Source: Candidatus Zixiibacteriota bacterium
GTDB taxonomy: Bacteria; Zixibacteria; MSB-5A5; GN15; JACZUZ01
DNA length: 64,000 bases
Direction of reading: 5' to 3'
Assembly: GCA_024280835.1 (NCBI GenBank)
Contig: JAJRPJ010000011.1
Span: forward strand, 308,404 to 372,403
The notes below the pieces were generated by a model that had not been told where the DNA came from, made no database searches, and worked only from the letters and a program-made list of their open reading frames with translations. How positions within the stretch are numbered: position 1 is the stretch's first letter; each line of letters starts with the position of its first letter. The position numbers were made by a program, and so were the translations under genes. Positions 1-9,237 of this stretch are shown one piece after another.

Positions 1-989
1 CGGCGCTTGAAGGTGTCGGACTGAAAACCCATGACTTCCTGCTCAGCTCAGATTTATCAACCAAAGACTTATCTGCGATACTAATCAGTGGCTCTGATGG
101 TGACACCAACACTAGGCGCAGATATTTTCGTCCAATTCCGAATTTAATGTTCACTCGCGATGTCGGGGCTTTCATTGGCCAGACGGTGATTTTGGCGCAT
201 CCCGCCAAACGTGTGCGGCTTCGTGAAGGATTATTGGCACAATATATTTTCCGTTATCATCGACTGTTTGCTGAGACTCAGATAGTCGACATACTTGATG
301 ACGCAGCTACTATTACATCAGGCGAAGCAGTGCATATAGAAGGCGGCGATGTCATGGCGCTTGATAGTGAGACATTGGTCGTCGGTACAGGTCAGCGAAC
401 TACAAAACTCGCAGTTGAGCTTTTGGCACAACGCCTACTTAGCGAAGGCATAATCAAACGTTTAATTATGGTTGAACTTCCCGCCGAACGCGCAACCATG
501 CATCTCGACACTGTCTTCACTGTAATTGGTCCCGAGGACTGTGTCTATTTCCCACCACTCTTCAGTGAAGATGACACTACAACCATACCAGCGCGCGCCT
601 TGACCTACGAACTAGTAAATGGCCAAGCGCAAGTCACACATGACTCAAGCCCAGGAGGACTTTTCTGTGCGCTAGAGAGAATCGGATACAGTTTCCCAAA
701 TCGCTTTAAGTGCGGTGGAGACTCGCCGCTGTTTCAATCGCGAGAACAATGGACCGATGGCGCCAATTTGTTTGCCGCTCGCGAAACTGTCGCTTTCATT
801 TACGAACGCAACACCGAAACCATCGCCTCCTTTGAAGAAGCTGGCTATAGTATTGTGACACCCGCAGAGTTTCTAAAGCTTGACCCATCCACTGTAGAGA
901 AGACTTTGGTCTCGGTCAATGGCGCCGAACTTTCCCGCGGTCGAGGTGGCGCACGTTGCATGACCATGCCAATCTCACGACATAGCTAA
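1..989 (+). CDS. arcA: Arginine deiminase (5' end outside window)
   Basis: Frame is open from position 3 (…RPIPNLMFTRD). Contains IEGGD, MHLDTVFT, EQW.DG.N and ELSRGRGGARCMTMP motifs of the amidinotransferase/ADI family. Confidence 0.9.
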   Translation, partial: ALEGVGLKTHDFLLSSDLSTKDLSAILISGSDGDTNTRRRYFRPIPNLMFTRDVGAFIGQTVILAHPAKRVRLREGLLAQYIFRYHRLFAETQIVDILDDAATITSGEAVHIEGGDVMALDSETLVVGTGQRTTKLAVELLAQRLLSEGIIKRLIMVELPAERATMHLDTVFTVIGPEDCVYFPPLFSEDDTTTIPARALTYELVNGQAQVTHDSSPGGLFCALERIGYSFPNRFKCGGDSPLFQSREQWTDGANLFAARETVAFIYERNTETIASFEEAGYSIVTPAEFLKLDPSTVEKTLVSVNGAELSRGRGGARCMTMPISRHS

Positions 990-1254
990 TTCATCAAAAA
1001 CTCCAACACCTTCAAGCGCTCTTTATCGCTCTCTCTTTAACGTTCCTTGTGTAGCGCCTCCTTCAATTTCACCAACCTCAATCTCTATCACTTAGAACTA
1101 AGCCTCGCTTTAGCGACCTTCTTTTGTCAAATAGGTCGCTTCTTCTTTTTGTTGGATTCTGATAGAAACATTGCAAAATGCGTCGATTTTCACTCCGAAA
1201 ACACATTTTGGGTAAACTTTAGCTGAAAAAGTGTGAAAAAAATGCACAAATCGC

Positions 1255-1281
1255 CAAAGGTTCTGTCGGACAAGCCGATAA
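1255..1281 (+). promoter_or_regulatory. sigma28/FliA-like promoter of the histone-like gene
   Basis: CAAA-N15-GCCGATAA versus the consensus TAAA-N15-GCCGATAA, oriented toward 1503. Confidence 0.7.
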
Positions 1282-1502
1282 CTAAAACAAATTCATCGTG
1301 TTATGTGGATTAGTGTGATTTTTGAAATGCATTTCCGCTACGTGATGAGAACAGAAAAAGAAGATAACAGAAGAACTAAGTAACCTAATCACAAAGAAGG
1401 GGATGACGTTCGGAGAAGACGCTTTTGTTTGAGTATCAAATATGAGCGCTGGATTCTTGCGAAGTTCCGTTTGAGCATTAACACATTGAAAGGAGCCATC
1501 AC

Positions 1503-1979
1503 ATGGCTTTTCGTAAAACAACCGCACGTCGTAAACCAGCAGCCAAGCGCAATGCTACACCGCGCGCCACAACCCGTCGCAGCGCCACCAAGCGCGGCGC
1601 CACAGTTCGCGTAAAAGTTTGGTCCGCCAGTGAGATCAGCCAGTTGCGTAAAAAATATCGCAACACAACCAACACCAAAATTGCCAAGTCACTTGGTCGT
1701 ACAGTTGCTTCTGTCCGCGCCAAAGCTGGTTCATTGAGCCTCAAGAAGAACAAAAACTTCTTGTCAATGGTCGCCAAGACTGCTGGTAACGGTGGTATGA
1801 AAACCCGCAAGAGCACAGCTCGCAAGACTGTCGCCCGTAAGGCCAGTTCAATGCGCGGTAAAGCTACCAAGCGCACCGCCGCGAAGCGTAATGCTCCAAA
1901 GCGTAAAACTTCAGCTCGTAAGAGCTCGACACGTCGCGCCACTTCATCCATGAAGCGTAAGGCCACACGTCGTCGCTAG
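1503..1979 (+). CDS. Histone H1/Hc2-like basic protein with a central Myb/SANT-like HTH
   Basis: RBS AAGGAG. 53 of 158 residues are K/R, with one acidic residue. Basic pentapeptide-like tails flank WSASEISQLRKKY…IAKSLGRTVASVRAKA. Followed by its own terminator. Confidence 0.8.
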   Translation: MAFRKTTARRKPAAKRNATPRATTRRSATKRGATVRVKVWSASEISQLRKKYRNTTNTKIAKSLGRTVASVRAKAGSLSLKKNKNFLSMVAKTAGNGGMKTRKSTARKTVARKASSMRGKATKRTAAKRNAPKRKTSARKSSTRRATSSMKRKATRRR

Positions 1980-2016
1980 TCGTTGAAATGACATTCAGCT
2001 CGTAAGGGTTGAATTG

Positions 2017-2051
2017 AAAAAGCCCGACAGCGAGACTGTCGGGCTTTTTTT
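2017..2051 (+). terminator. Rho-independent terminator
   Basis: AAAAAGCCCGACAG-cgaga-CTGTCGGGCTTTTTTT. Confidence 0.9.
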
Positions 2052-2179
2052 GTGCTTATGACACTAGGGAAAACTTAGGCATGGCTCTGCCAGTTTTGAA
2101 CCTGTTAGTATCTAGTCCAGATTCGAGTACCTCACCTGAAGTCTGCAGCAATCATGTCTCGAATGTCTTACTACAATCA

Positions 2180-2208
2180 AACGAAGCCCGACAGATATAC
2201 TGCCGGGC
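2180..2208 (-). terminator. Probable terminator of the spondin gene
   Basis: Minus-strand GCCCGGCAG-tatat-CTGTCGGGC followed by TTCGTTT. Confidence 0.6.
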
Positions 2209-2271
2209 CTCATTTTGCTGCTCTTTCGTAGCTTTATTGTAGGGCTAATGCTAAGAGTTTAAAGTCTTCGA

Positions 2272-3162
2272 CTAATCGTCGTCTCCATCGTCGTCATTGT
2301 CGTTGTCATGATCAGACTCACCGCCAGAAATGAGTTCGATAGTGACTTTCGTAATCTTCTTTTCGATGACATTGGCATATGGGTCGAGATCGCCATTACC
2401 CTGTGTGCCTTTATGCTTTTTGATGCGCTGATGTGGGCTCGAGTCGACAGCATCGTTTTCATTGCCATTGGGATCACCCGCTAGAGCAATAGCTCCCAAA
2501 GCGCTACAACCATCAACAATGTCTGAACTATTCTCGGTATTGTATTCTGTGCCAGCGTCATAGGCCTTTGTGTAATAAACTCGTTTGCCTTCTTTCGGTA
2601 ATTTGACCGAATTCAAACCAGTGAATCCGTCATTTGTGCAGATCAACATCGCCGCAATCGAAAGACGGTCATGCTTCTTACCTGTGATTTCAAAGGTAAC
2701 ATAGTCTTTGAAATTGCCGACCATTGTGCCATAACGTGTCAGTGGCATACCAACATTGACAGCATCAGTCGAAGACGATGAAGCGCTGTAGCGATTGAAC
2801 ATCAATGAGACATCACCATTCTCTGCGATGGCCTCCAAACCACGCGAGGCGAGCTTGCCGACTTCAAACATTGTAAAACCTTTGACATGAGTGGCAATAA
2901 CTGGTGGGGCTAGCGGCTGTCCGACACTCAGGTTCTTGATAGTAACACGATAAGTACGCAGCCCATCACTGTCTTCGGAATCATCGGAGTCTGATTCGTC
3001 GCGCGAGCTACGGTATAGAGTTTGGAACTCTGGTGTTTCGTTGTCTGATGTAGTGGCGCTTGACGCATCGGAATTTAACATAGTGTCGTTTCCGCTACAA
3101 CCTACGAATGTCGCGCCTGATAAGGCGAAGACCGCTAGTAGTGTCAGCATTGATTTCTGCAT
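2272..3162 (-). CDS. Spondin_N-domain lipoprotein
   Basis: Start at MQKS after the GGAGG RBS; lipobox FVGC. Motifs YRVTIKNL..GQPLAP, IAENGD, AMLICTNDGFTG and YDAGTE are typical of bacterial spondin domains. Acidic C-terminal tail. Confidence 0.8.
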   Translation of the reverse strand: MQKSMLTLLAVFALSGATFVGCSGNDTMLNSDASSATTSDNETPEFQTLYRSSRDESDSDDSEDSDGLRTYRVTIKNLSVGQPLAPPVIATHVKGFTMFEVGKLASRGLEAIAENGDVSLMFNRYSASSSSTDAVNVGMPLTRYGTMVGNFKDYVTFEITGKKHDRLSIAAMLICTNDGFTGLNSVKLPKEGKRVYYTKAYDAGTEYNTENSSDIVDGCSALGAIALAGDPNGNENDAVDSSPHQRIKKHKGTQGNGDLDPYANVIEKKITKVTIELISGGESDHDNDNDDDGDDD

Positions 3163-3306
3163 ACTGAAAAACCTCCCTAAAAATGTAAGAAATTGTTTAG
3201 CGAACAATGTTTAGTAAATGTCTTCTGGCAAATGTCGTTTACCAAGCATTGAGCGCGCGCTTGAGGCGCCAGTCGGAGAGCTGGAGCTTCGTTGTTGTCA
3301 TGGAGG

Positions 3307-3335
3307 AATACGATATGAAGCTGTAAATTGGATTG
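3307..3335 (-). promoter_or_regulatory. ECF-type promoter upstream of the spondin gene
   Basis: CAATCC-N17-CGTATT; matches the motif upstream of the adjacent ECF sigma gene. Confidence 0.55.
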
Positions 3336-3387
3336 AATAAATCTATTTATTTCTTCGAAAAGCTTCAGGAAGCTAGACTTGGATGGC

Positions 3388-4218
3388 TTAGTGAATTTTG
3401 CTAAGCGTATTGTAGCCAAGGAGATAGCGCATGCCGGTTGGCTCTTTGACACCACCAATTGGCTCAATTGTGACCATGAAGGAATCAATCGAAGCAACAG
3501 TTGGCAAACCGCGGAATTTCAGGAGCGCATAACCATCATTCTGAACTGTGAAGACACCAACACTTTGGGTGACACTATCGTGCTTAATCCAAGCCTGATA
3601 CTCGCGGCCTTCGGGTACATCGGGCAATTTATAGGCATAGAATACGCCGAAATCTTCGTCGGGATGGAGGAAGAGTTTTGCGAAAGCCTGTGGGTTTGGT
3701 TCAACACCTGCGAGATCAACTAGTCGAGTGCAGGGTTTGCCGAGTAAGATTGTGGCGTCGTTTTGAATTGAATTGTCGTCGGCTAAACGATCGAGTTTGA
3801 TACTTGAATTGGCGAGTTCGTTTTGAAGATTTGAGATTTTTGAATTGAGTGTAACATTCCAGAACGCCAACACAACGACTGCAACTGCGCCTGTCATAGT
3901 TAGAGCTTTTGACCATTTCAACCATGCCGAGCTGGTCTCTGTGGGTGAGATGTTTGAACTAGTTGAATCATCTGATGTTTTTGAAATGACAGTTGTTTTG
4001 CTGACTTGCTGCATCAGAGACACTTTTAAACCTGCTGACGGAGATGATTCTTTTAGGCCTTGGGCAAGATAGAGCGAAACATCGCCGACTTCTCGTAGCC
4101 GCGCATGGCAAAGAGAGCACTTGGTATGCAAGTGTTCTTCGACCGCTTGATATTCGGCATCGGATAGGGCGCCGAAAACGTAGGCGTCTATGAGTTCGTA
4201 GGCTTCTTTGTGTTCCAT
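3388..4218 (-). CDS. RskA-family anti-sigma factor
   Basis: N-terminal zf-HC2-like AYVFGAL…HL..CSLC, one TM helix, C-terminal LP..PEGREYQAW…VTIEP.GG..EPTG. Confidence 0.85.
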   Translation of the reverse strand: MEHKEAYELIDAYVFGALSDAEYQAVEEHLHTKCSLCHARLREVGDVSLYLAQGLKESSPSAGLKVSLMQQVSKTTVISKTSDDSTSSNISPTETSSAWLKWSKALTMTGAVAVVVLAFWNVTLNSKISNLQNELANSSIKLDRLADDNSIQNDATILLGKPCTRLVDLAGVEPNPQAFAKLFLHPDEDFGVFYAYKLPDVPEGREYQAWIKHDSVTQSVGVFTVQNDGYALLKFRGLPTVASIDSFMVTIEPIGGVKEPTGMRYLLGYNTLSKIH

Positions 4219-4241
4219 CTGTCTTATTTGTACTACTCTGG

Positions 4242-4862
4242 TTATGCTTCTGTGTCCAGTAGAGTTCTTAGTTGAGAGATTGCCGCTCTTAGTCGACTTT
4301 TGACGGTTCCGAGTGGTGTGTCTATTTGTTCGGCTATTTCGGCATGCGAAAGACCACCGTAATAGGCCAATTCTATAACTTGTCTTTGATCGTTACTCAA
4401 CTTTTCTAGTTTCTTGAGCGCTCTGCCAACTACCATGCCAAGAGCTATTTGTTCGCTTTCTCTACCCGCCTCTGATCGCACAGCCTCTTGACCAGCTTTT
4501 GAGGTGACTTCGGGTTCAAGCTCTACCGTTACTTTTTGAGAGCGGTGATGTTTGGAGCGAGTTCTATCGATTGCTAGTCTTCTAGCTATCGTCACTATCC
4601 AAACTACGACACTGCCTCGGTTGGGGTCGAAACTTTGCGCCTTTTCCCAAATGCGCAAAAATACCGCCTGCGTGACTTCTTCGGCATCATCGGCATTGCG
4701 CACTACATTGAGGATAATACTATAAACTAATCCAACGCGACTATCATAGAGAGCCGAGAGAGCGTTTTGGTCACCAGTTTGGATTCTACCAAGTAGAATA
4801 CCGTCGAGGTGACCCGCCACATCGAAATTCCCGTTATTCCCTGTAGTCTCATTAGCCGACAT
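4242..4862 (-). CDS. ECF RNA polymerase sigma factor (SigK-like)
   Basis: DAEEVTQAVFLRIW; region 4 LAYYGGLSHAEIA…PLGTVKSRLR; adjacent to an RskA gene. Confidence 0.9.
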   Translation of the reverse strand: MSANETTGNNGNFDVAGHLDGILLGRIQTGDQNALSALYDSRVGLVYSIILNVVRNADDAEEVTQAVFLRIWEKAQSFDPNRGSVVVWIVTIARRLAIDRTRSKHHRSQKVTVELEPEVTSKAGQEAVRSEAGRESEQIALGMVVGRALKKLEKLSNDQRQVIELAYYGGLSHAEIAEQIDTPLGTVKSRLRAAISQLRTLLDTEA

Positions 4863-4885
4863 AGTCTCTCCACCGGCTATTAGCT

Positions 4886-4913
4886 AATACGAGGATATTT
4901 CTGATTTCGATCA
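4886..4913 (-). promoter_or_regulatory. Autoregulatory ECF promoter
   Basis: TGATCG-N16-CGTATT, 24 nt upstream of the sigma start codon. Confidence 0.55.
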
Positions 4914-5013
4914 CTGGAAATTGCATGGACTAGGAAAGTACATCTTTGGACGCGTTGTAGCAACAACATAATTTGCATGCCCGTAACCGTATGTTATTAT
5001 TCCGCTTATAACG

Positions 5014-5035
5014 AAAATGGGTTCGTTTTGCATAT
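5014..5035. repeat. Left copy of a 22-bp inverted repeat
   Basis: AAAATGGGTTCGTTTTGCATAT matches the reverse complement of 7411-7432 at 21/22. Confidence 0.8.
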
Positions 5036-5220
5036 ACAAGTTATCAGCGTTGGTAGATTGTTGTCTTTTTGTGATTTTGGTGGTTTCTGGTCTGATTTGG
5101 TTGATTCTGTTGTTCTGCTCTCATGCTATAGGTCTTGAGTTGTAATCTAGTGTAGGTTGGTTGTTTCTTCCCTCCAAATGGCATTGCGGGGACAACCCAA
5201 GCCTTGATTACTATGATTGT

Positions 5221-5520
5221 TTAATCCACGACGGTTAATCGGCGGATGTTTAGTTCTTCAGCTAGCAGGTCTGGTAGTTTGGCTATTGCCTCTTGGAGAT
5301 GGGGGCTGGCTAGATGAGCGTTGAGATGGGCTTCGCTTTGCCATTCTTCGATGAAGACAAACTCGCTGGGATCGGCATTATTGCTGTGCATTTCGTAGCG
5401 GATGTAACCGTCCTCTTTGGTGGTCGGCTCGATTAGGGTTTTCAGGTAGTCGCAAAGTTCCTGCTCTTTGCCAGATTTGGCTTTGAGGATGGCGACTACT
5501 CTTAGTGTTTTTTCTGACAT
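5221..5520 (-). CDS. ABM-family (putative quinol) monooxygenase
   Basis: VVA.LKAK.GKE…EDG.IRYE.H…FVFIEEW.SEA.L.AH..SPH pattern. Confidence 0.85.
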   Translation of the reverse strand: MSEKTLRVVAILKAKSGKEQELCDYLKTLIEPTTKEDGYIRYEMHSNNADPSEFVFIEEWQSEAHLNAHLASPHLQEAIAKLPDLLAEELNIRRLTVVD

Positions 5521-5552
5521 GTTCTTTCTTCCCTTGTTATAAGTTTGTCTGG

Positions 5553-6068
5553 CTAATATACGTAAAAATCATCCTTGGAGCTTCTAGAAAGATGGAAACT
5601 TGAAAGCAATTCGTATTCTTTGGCGCTTTCTAAACTATAGAGCAATTGCAGACCTACAGTCTCGATAGAGTCAGCTAACTCTAAGTAATTTAAGAGCAGC
5701 ATCGCCTCTGGAGTGATCTGGTTGGTCCTGTCTAGTTTCTTGACGATTGGTAGACGCAGCTCCCCTGCTAGTTCGGCGCTCGTTATGACGAAACTGTCGA
5801 TTCGTAGTAATTGGTTTAGCAGGGTTTGTTGATAGGTTGCATCGGTGACTCCAGTTGGACTAATCTCGGCGAGTTCGCAAAACACAGCGAGACTGTAATA
5901 GTTTTTTCTATGTGGGTAACCGCTATCGTCTAATTCTTGTTTGAGCTGGGCACCAATATGGATTCCGTCCTGTGTCCATTTCGCTTCTTGGGTGAATTGA
6001 TGGAAGACAGATAAGGCGCAGGCGAGCATAAAGAGGTAGAGCATCAGAGGTTTGGTATTCTTGGTCAT
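5553..6068 (-). CDS. Hypothetical exported/membrane-anchored protein
   Basis: 171-aa ORF with an N-terminal hydrophobic segment; start overlaps the HNH stop (ATGA). Confidence 0.55.
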   Translation of the reverse strand: MTKNTKPLMLYLFMLACALSVFHQFTQEAKWTQDGIHIGAQLKQELDDSGYPHRKNYYSLAVFCELAEISPTGVTDATYQQTLLNQLLRIDSFVITSAELAGELRLPIVKKLDRTNQITPEAMLLLNYLELADSIETVGLQLLYSLESAKEYELLSSFHLSRSSKDDFYVY

Positions 6069-7165
6069 GGAATCCGGATTCCTGCGCGGTTTAGTTCAGA
6101 CACTTTGAAGTCAAGTTTCACGTTCACCCAATCATAATATTCTCTTTTCTCAACGCTCGGGAAAGGTATTATGACAATTTCCGAACTCTTGAATGGAAAA
6201 ACAAATGCTTTGTCTAGCAAACTCAATATCTTTGAATCATGCGAACCTATTTTCGTCAAGAGAAACCAACTTTGTATGTGAGTGAATAGACCTACTTCGC
6301 ACCAAAGCACCCCACTCGGTGTAACTCGTAGCATAGCATGGTGAAATCTCTTGAATGGAATCTCTCTTAGGTTTTCGCACGTCCTAAAACAGACATCCGT
6401 GTTTGACACGACAAAGTCAGAAATCGAATCATGAATATTGAACGGTGCTTTTGACTCAGAATCGTGTCGCTTAATATACGAATCAAGTATAGGACCTATG
6501 ATAGGATGCTCTAAGAAGTTCAACATTGCCAAAAATTCGTATACAATCTTGAAAACAAGTGCTGGGGCGGGGTCCCTTGTAAGGTCTTCTATCCTTAACT
6601 CTGCCATTGCTTCAGGATGTTCAGTTGTAGAATATTTATAGCCATCGAAAGAAAACAATCCGGTTTTTCCTTCCTTGAAGAAATTTTCAAGCGGAGTCAC
6701 ATCAATTTCAGGATTTCTCCTCTGTGCCCTCTTGGCGAAATAACTCGCACGCTCTTCTGGAGTTCCAACAAACTTGTTATCAGCCTCGCCAATCGGCTTC
6801 GGAATAGGAGAGACACCGCCTTGAGTACCGATCTTCATTTCTAGACCAGTTTCTTGGTCCCAGATTCGTGCATGTCGAAACGCTTCGCGGGATGTCGCAA
6901 GTTCTAGCTTTTCTATCCCTTGAGTAAGAAAAACGTTTCTCAGGACTTTACTTTCTACACTATGTCCAAGATAGTTATTGCACCCCACACAGCTGAGATG
7001 TGTAAAAAATCCTCCACCTAAGCACTCTGGGAACAAATGTGTTCTCGATGGTGGTATCTGTTTTAGGCACCAAATGCAGATTGGTGATGTAACTCGTCCA
7101 CTTCCGTCCAAGGATACTGGTGGAATCAACCTTTGTTTGGGTGTATTGTCGCTTGCTGGTTCCAT
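6065..7165 (-). CDS. HNH endonuclease-domain protein
   Basis: CxxC…THLFPECLGG…CxxCNNYLG. Likely start MEPAS after AAGGA; the ORF track's upstream 96 aa is probably not translated. Confidence 0.75.
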   Translation of the reverse strand: MEPASDNTPKQRLIPPVSLDGSGRVTSPICIWCLKQIPPSRTHLFPECLGGGFFTHLSCVGCNNYLGHSVESKVLRNVFLTQGIEKLELATSREAFRHARIWDQETGLEMKIGTQGGVSPIPKPIGEADNKFVGTPEERASYFAKRAQRRNPEIDVTPLENFFKEGKTGLFSFDGYKYSTTEHPEAMAELRIEDLTRDPAPALVFKIVYEFLAMLNFLEHPIIGPILDSYIKRHDSESKAPFNIHDSISDFVVSNTDVCFRTCENLREIPFKRFHHAMLRVTPSGVLWCEVGLFTHIQSWFLLTKIGSHDSKILSLLDKAFVFPFKSSEIVIIPFPSVEKREYYDWVNVKLDFKVSELNRAGIRIP

Positions 7166-7410
7166 GTATTCCTTTTTCTCGCCAGAGTACCCATGAAGGC
7201 AATTTCCACTAGGCAACGCCCCAAATCCCTCTTGTGGGAAACAATATACTACAAAATATAGCCTAGCCCTCGTTCTATACATAAACAACCGATCAACTTT
7301 GGTACAGAACCAAAGTAGTTTCATGACCTCCTTATTATGATGGAATGTCTCTTGTTTGAATCCCCTCTTGTAAGCTGTAAAACTACAACATCCCTCCCTG
7401 AGCGACCTAC

Positions 7411-7432
7411 ATATGCGAAACGAACCCATTTT
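7411..7432. repeat. Right copy of the 22-bp inverted repeat
   Basis: ATATGCGAAACGAACCCATTTT. Confidence 0.8.
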
Positions 7433-7573
7433 GGCAGGCCTCTTCACCCTCAACTACCAGATTTCCGAGCGCATCTGCGACTTTTGCCCATATCAGTACA
7501 TATTCAGCGCTTCAAAGCTCGAATTTCGGTAGCGGTGATAGAAAGTGGATGGTATTTTCTCGTTATGGTGGTC

Positions 7574-8128
7574 ATGAGCGAAAGAGTCTTGAGTGAAGAG
7601 CGGATGGCGCGGGCTATGCGTGAGAGTGATGGGGGGTTTGATGGGCGGTTTTATGTCGGGGTGCATTCGACTCGGATTTATTGTCTGCCCTCTTGTCCTG
7701 CGAAATTGCCGTTGCTGAAAAATGTGCGGTTCTATGCTACTCGTGAGCAGGCGATTGCCGCGGGACTTCGTGGATGTAAACGCTGTAAGTCAGAATTCTA
7801 TCCTGATGTTTTACCTGAGTGGTATCATGCGGCTTTGAAGTATATGAAAGCGAATCTTTCTGAGAAACTGGATGAAGAAAAATTGATGAGTCTGACGGGT
7901 GTCGAGATTTCCACTTTGCGGCGGACATTTAGTAAGCGAATTGGTCAGACACCATTGGCATTCCATCGGGAGCTGCGCTTGCGTCAGGCTCGGAAGTTGA
8001 TTGAAGGCGGCGCTGATTATTTGGGCGCAGGTTTTGATTGTGGTTGGGAGTCGGCTAGTGGGTTTCGTGCGGCGTTTGAAAAACAATTCGATGTGACACC
8101 TGGTAGTATTCGGAAGAGTAGGAATTGA
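7574..8128 (+). CDS. adaA: Ada Zn-binding/AraC transcriptional activator (AdaA-like)
   Basis: DGRFYVGV.ST.IYCLPSC…GCKRC plus an AraC HTH. Start at 7565 or 7574. Confidence 0.88.
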   Translation: MSERVLSEERMARAMRESDGGFDGRFYVGVHSTRIYCLPSCPAKLPLLKNVRFYATREQAIAAGLRGCKRCKSEFYPDVLPEWYHAALKYMKANLSEKLDEEKLMSLTGVEISTLRRTFSKRIGQTPLAFHRELRLRQARKLIEGGADYLGAGFDCGWESASGFRAAFEKQFDVTPGSIRKSRN

Positions 8129-8685
8129 GAGGGAGTAAGAATAGTTTGGATTATCGGATTAGCTATGTTGATGATATTGAAAGTCCGCTGGGACCGATGA
8201 TAGCTGGAGCGACTGAGGATGGTGTTTGTTTTCTTGAGTGGCATGACCGCGGTGGTGTGGAAGTGATACTTGGTCGGATTGAGAAGCGGTATCTTTGTAC
8301 GCCTGTAAAGAGTGCGACTGCCAGCGCTCATATTGAAATGTTACGTGAGGAACTGACGAGGTATTTTCAGATGACGCTGAAAGAGTTCACAACTCCGATT
8401 GATGTTTATGGTACGCCGTTTCAGAGAAAGGTTTGGCGAGAGTTGCTGAATATTCCCTATGGAAGGACTCGGAGCTATGGTCAGCAGGCGGCGAATTTGG
8501 GTAAGTCTGAGGCGGTGCGGGCTGTGGCTACTGCCAATGGAGCCAATTACTTGTCGATATTGATTCCATGCCATCGGGTGATTGGCGCTAATGGTTCATT
8601 GACTGGCTATGGTGGTGGACTGTGGCGCAAGAAGCGTTTGCTGGAGTTAGAGTCAGGTGTGACACAAGAAGTCATCGCGGCATAG
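8125..8685 (+). CDS. ogt: Methylated-DNA--protein-cysteine methyltransferase
   Basis: GTPFQRKVW, IPYG.T.SYG and the PCHRVIG active site. Confidence 0.93.
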   Translation: MRGSKNSLDYRISYVDDIESPLGPMIAGATEDGVCFLEWHDRGGVEVILGRIEKRYLCTPVKSATASAHIEMLREELTRYFQMTLKEFTTPIDVYGTPFQRKVWRELLNIPYGRTRSYGQQAANLGKSEAVRAVATANGANYLSILIPCHRVIGANGSLTGYGGGLWRKKRLLELESGVTQEVIAA

Positions 8686-8709
8686 GTCAGTATTAAAAGG
8701 ATAACAGTA

Positions 8710-9180
8710 ATGATTGATTTTCAGATAGTTGGGCTTCCCTTGAAGACTTTTTCGCACCTCTTCTCTCTCTCGGATGCAGAATTACGTGAGCATGACGCGA
8801 GGCGATTTATCGCTGACACTAAGCCTGGCTCTCCTTGTCGAGTTAGTTTGGAGGAAGCGGAAGTTGGCGAGCGAGTGATTTTAATCAATTATGCTCATCA
8901 TGATGTTGCCTCACCTTATCGAGCTTCGGGCCCAATCTTTATTCGCGAAACTGCGGTTGAGGCGACACTTGGCAAAAGTGAGATTCCTGTTGTGCTCAAC
9001 AATCGGCGGCTTTCTGTTCGGGGGTATGATAGTGACGCGATGATGATTGGCGCTGATGTGACTAGCGGCGATGCAGTAGTTGAATGTATTGGCAGGCTAT
9101 TTGAGGATGATGCGGTTGTTTATTTGCATATTCACAATGCGAGCCCAGGGTGTTTTAGTTGCCAAATTGAGCGGGTTTAA
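8710..9180 (+). CDS. DUF1203-family protein
   Basis: PCRVSL, SPYRASGPIF, LSVRGYD, YLHIHNA.PGCF. Confidence 0.85.
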   Translation: MIDFQIVGLPLKTFSHLFSLSDAELREHDARRFIADTKPGSPCRVSLEEAEVGERVILINYAHHDVASPYRASGPIFIRETAVEATLGKSEIPVVLNNRRLSVRGYDSDAMMIGADVTSGDAVVECIGRLFEDDAVVYLHIHNASPGCFSCQIERV

Positions 9181-9203
9181 CGTCAGGTCTGAGGACCTGA
9201 CGT
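9180..9203. repeat. REP-like perfect hairpin between convergent genes
   Basis: ACGTCAGGTC-tgag-GACCTGACGT; same core as the hairpins inside the 11818-11979 element. Confidence 0.7.
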
Positions 9204-9237
9204 AACGGATGAAAGAAAGCTTGGTTAAGAGTCTGAG

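Noticed and set aside
1499-1966. 155-aa antisense ORF
   Set aside because: Shadow of the low-complexity basic gene; the RBS, promoter and terminator all support the + strand.
4961-4988. dif-like site (TTATGTT on the minus strand)
   Set aside because: Only a partial XerD arm and no credible XerC arm.
7166-7573. Long N-terminal extensions of the HNH and Ada ORFs
   Set aside because: They overlap head-to-head and contain the inverted repeat; downstream ATGs fit better. The same applies to the valS, ftsZ, ftsA, murC and mraZ extensions.
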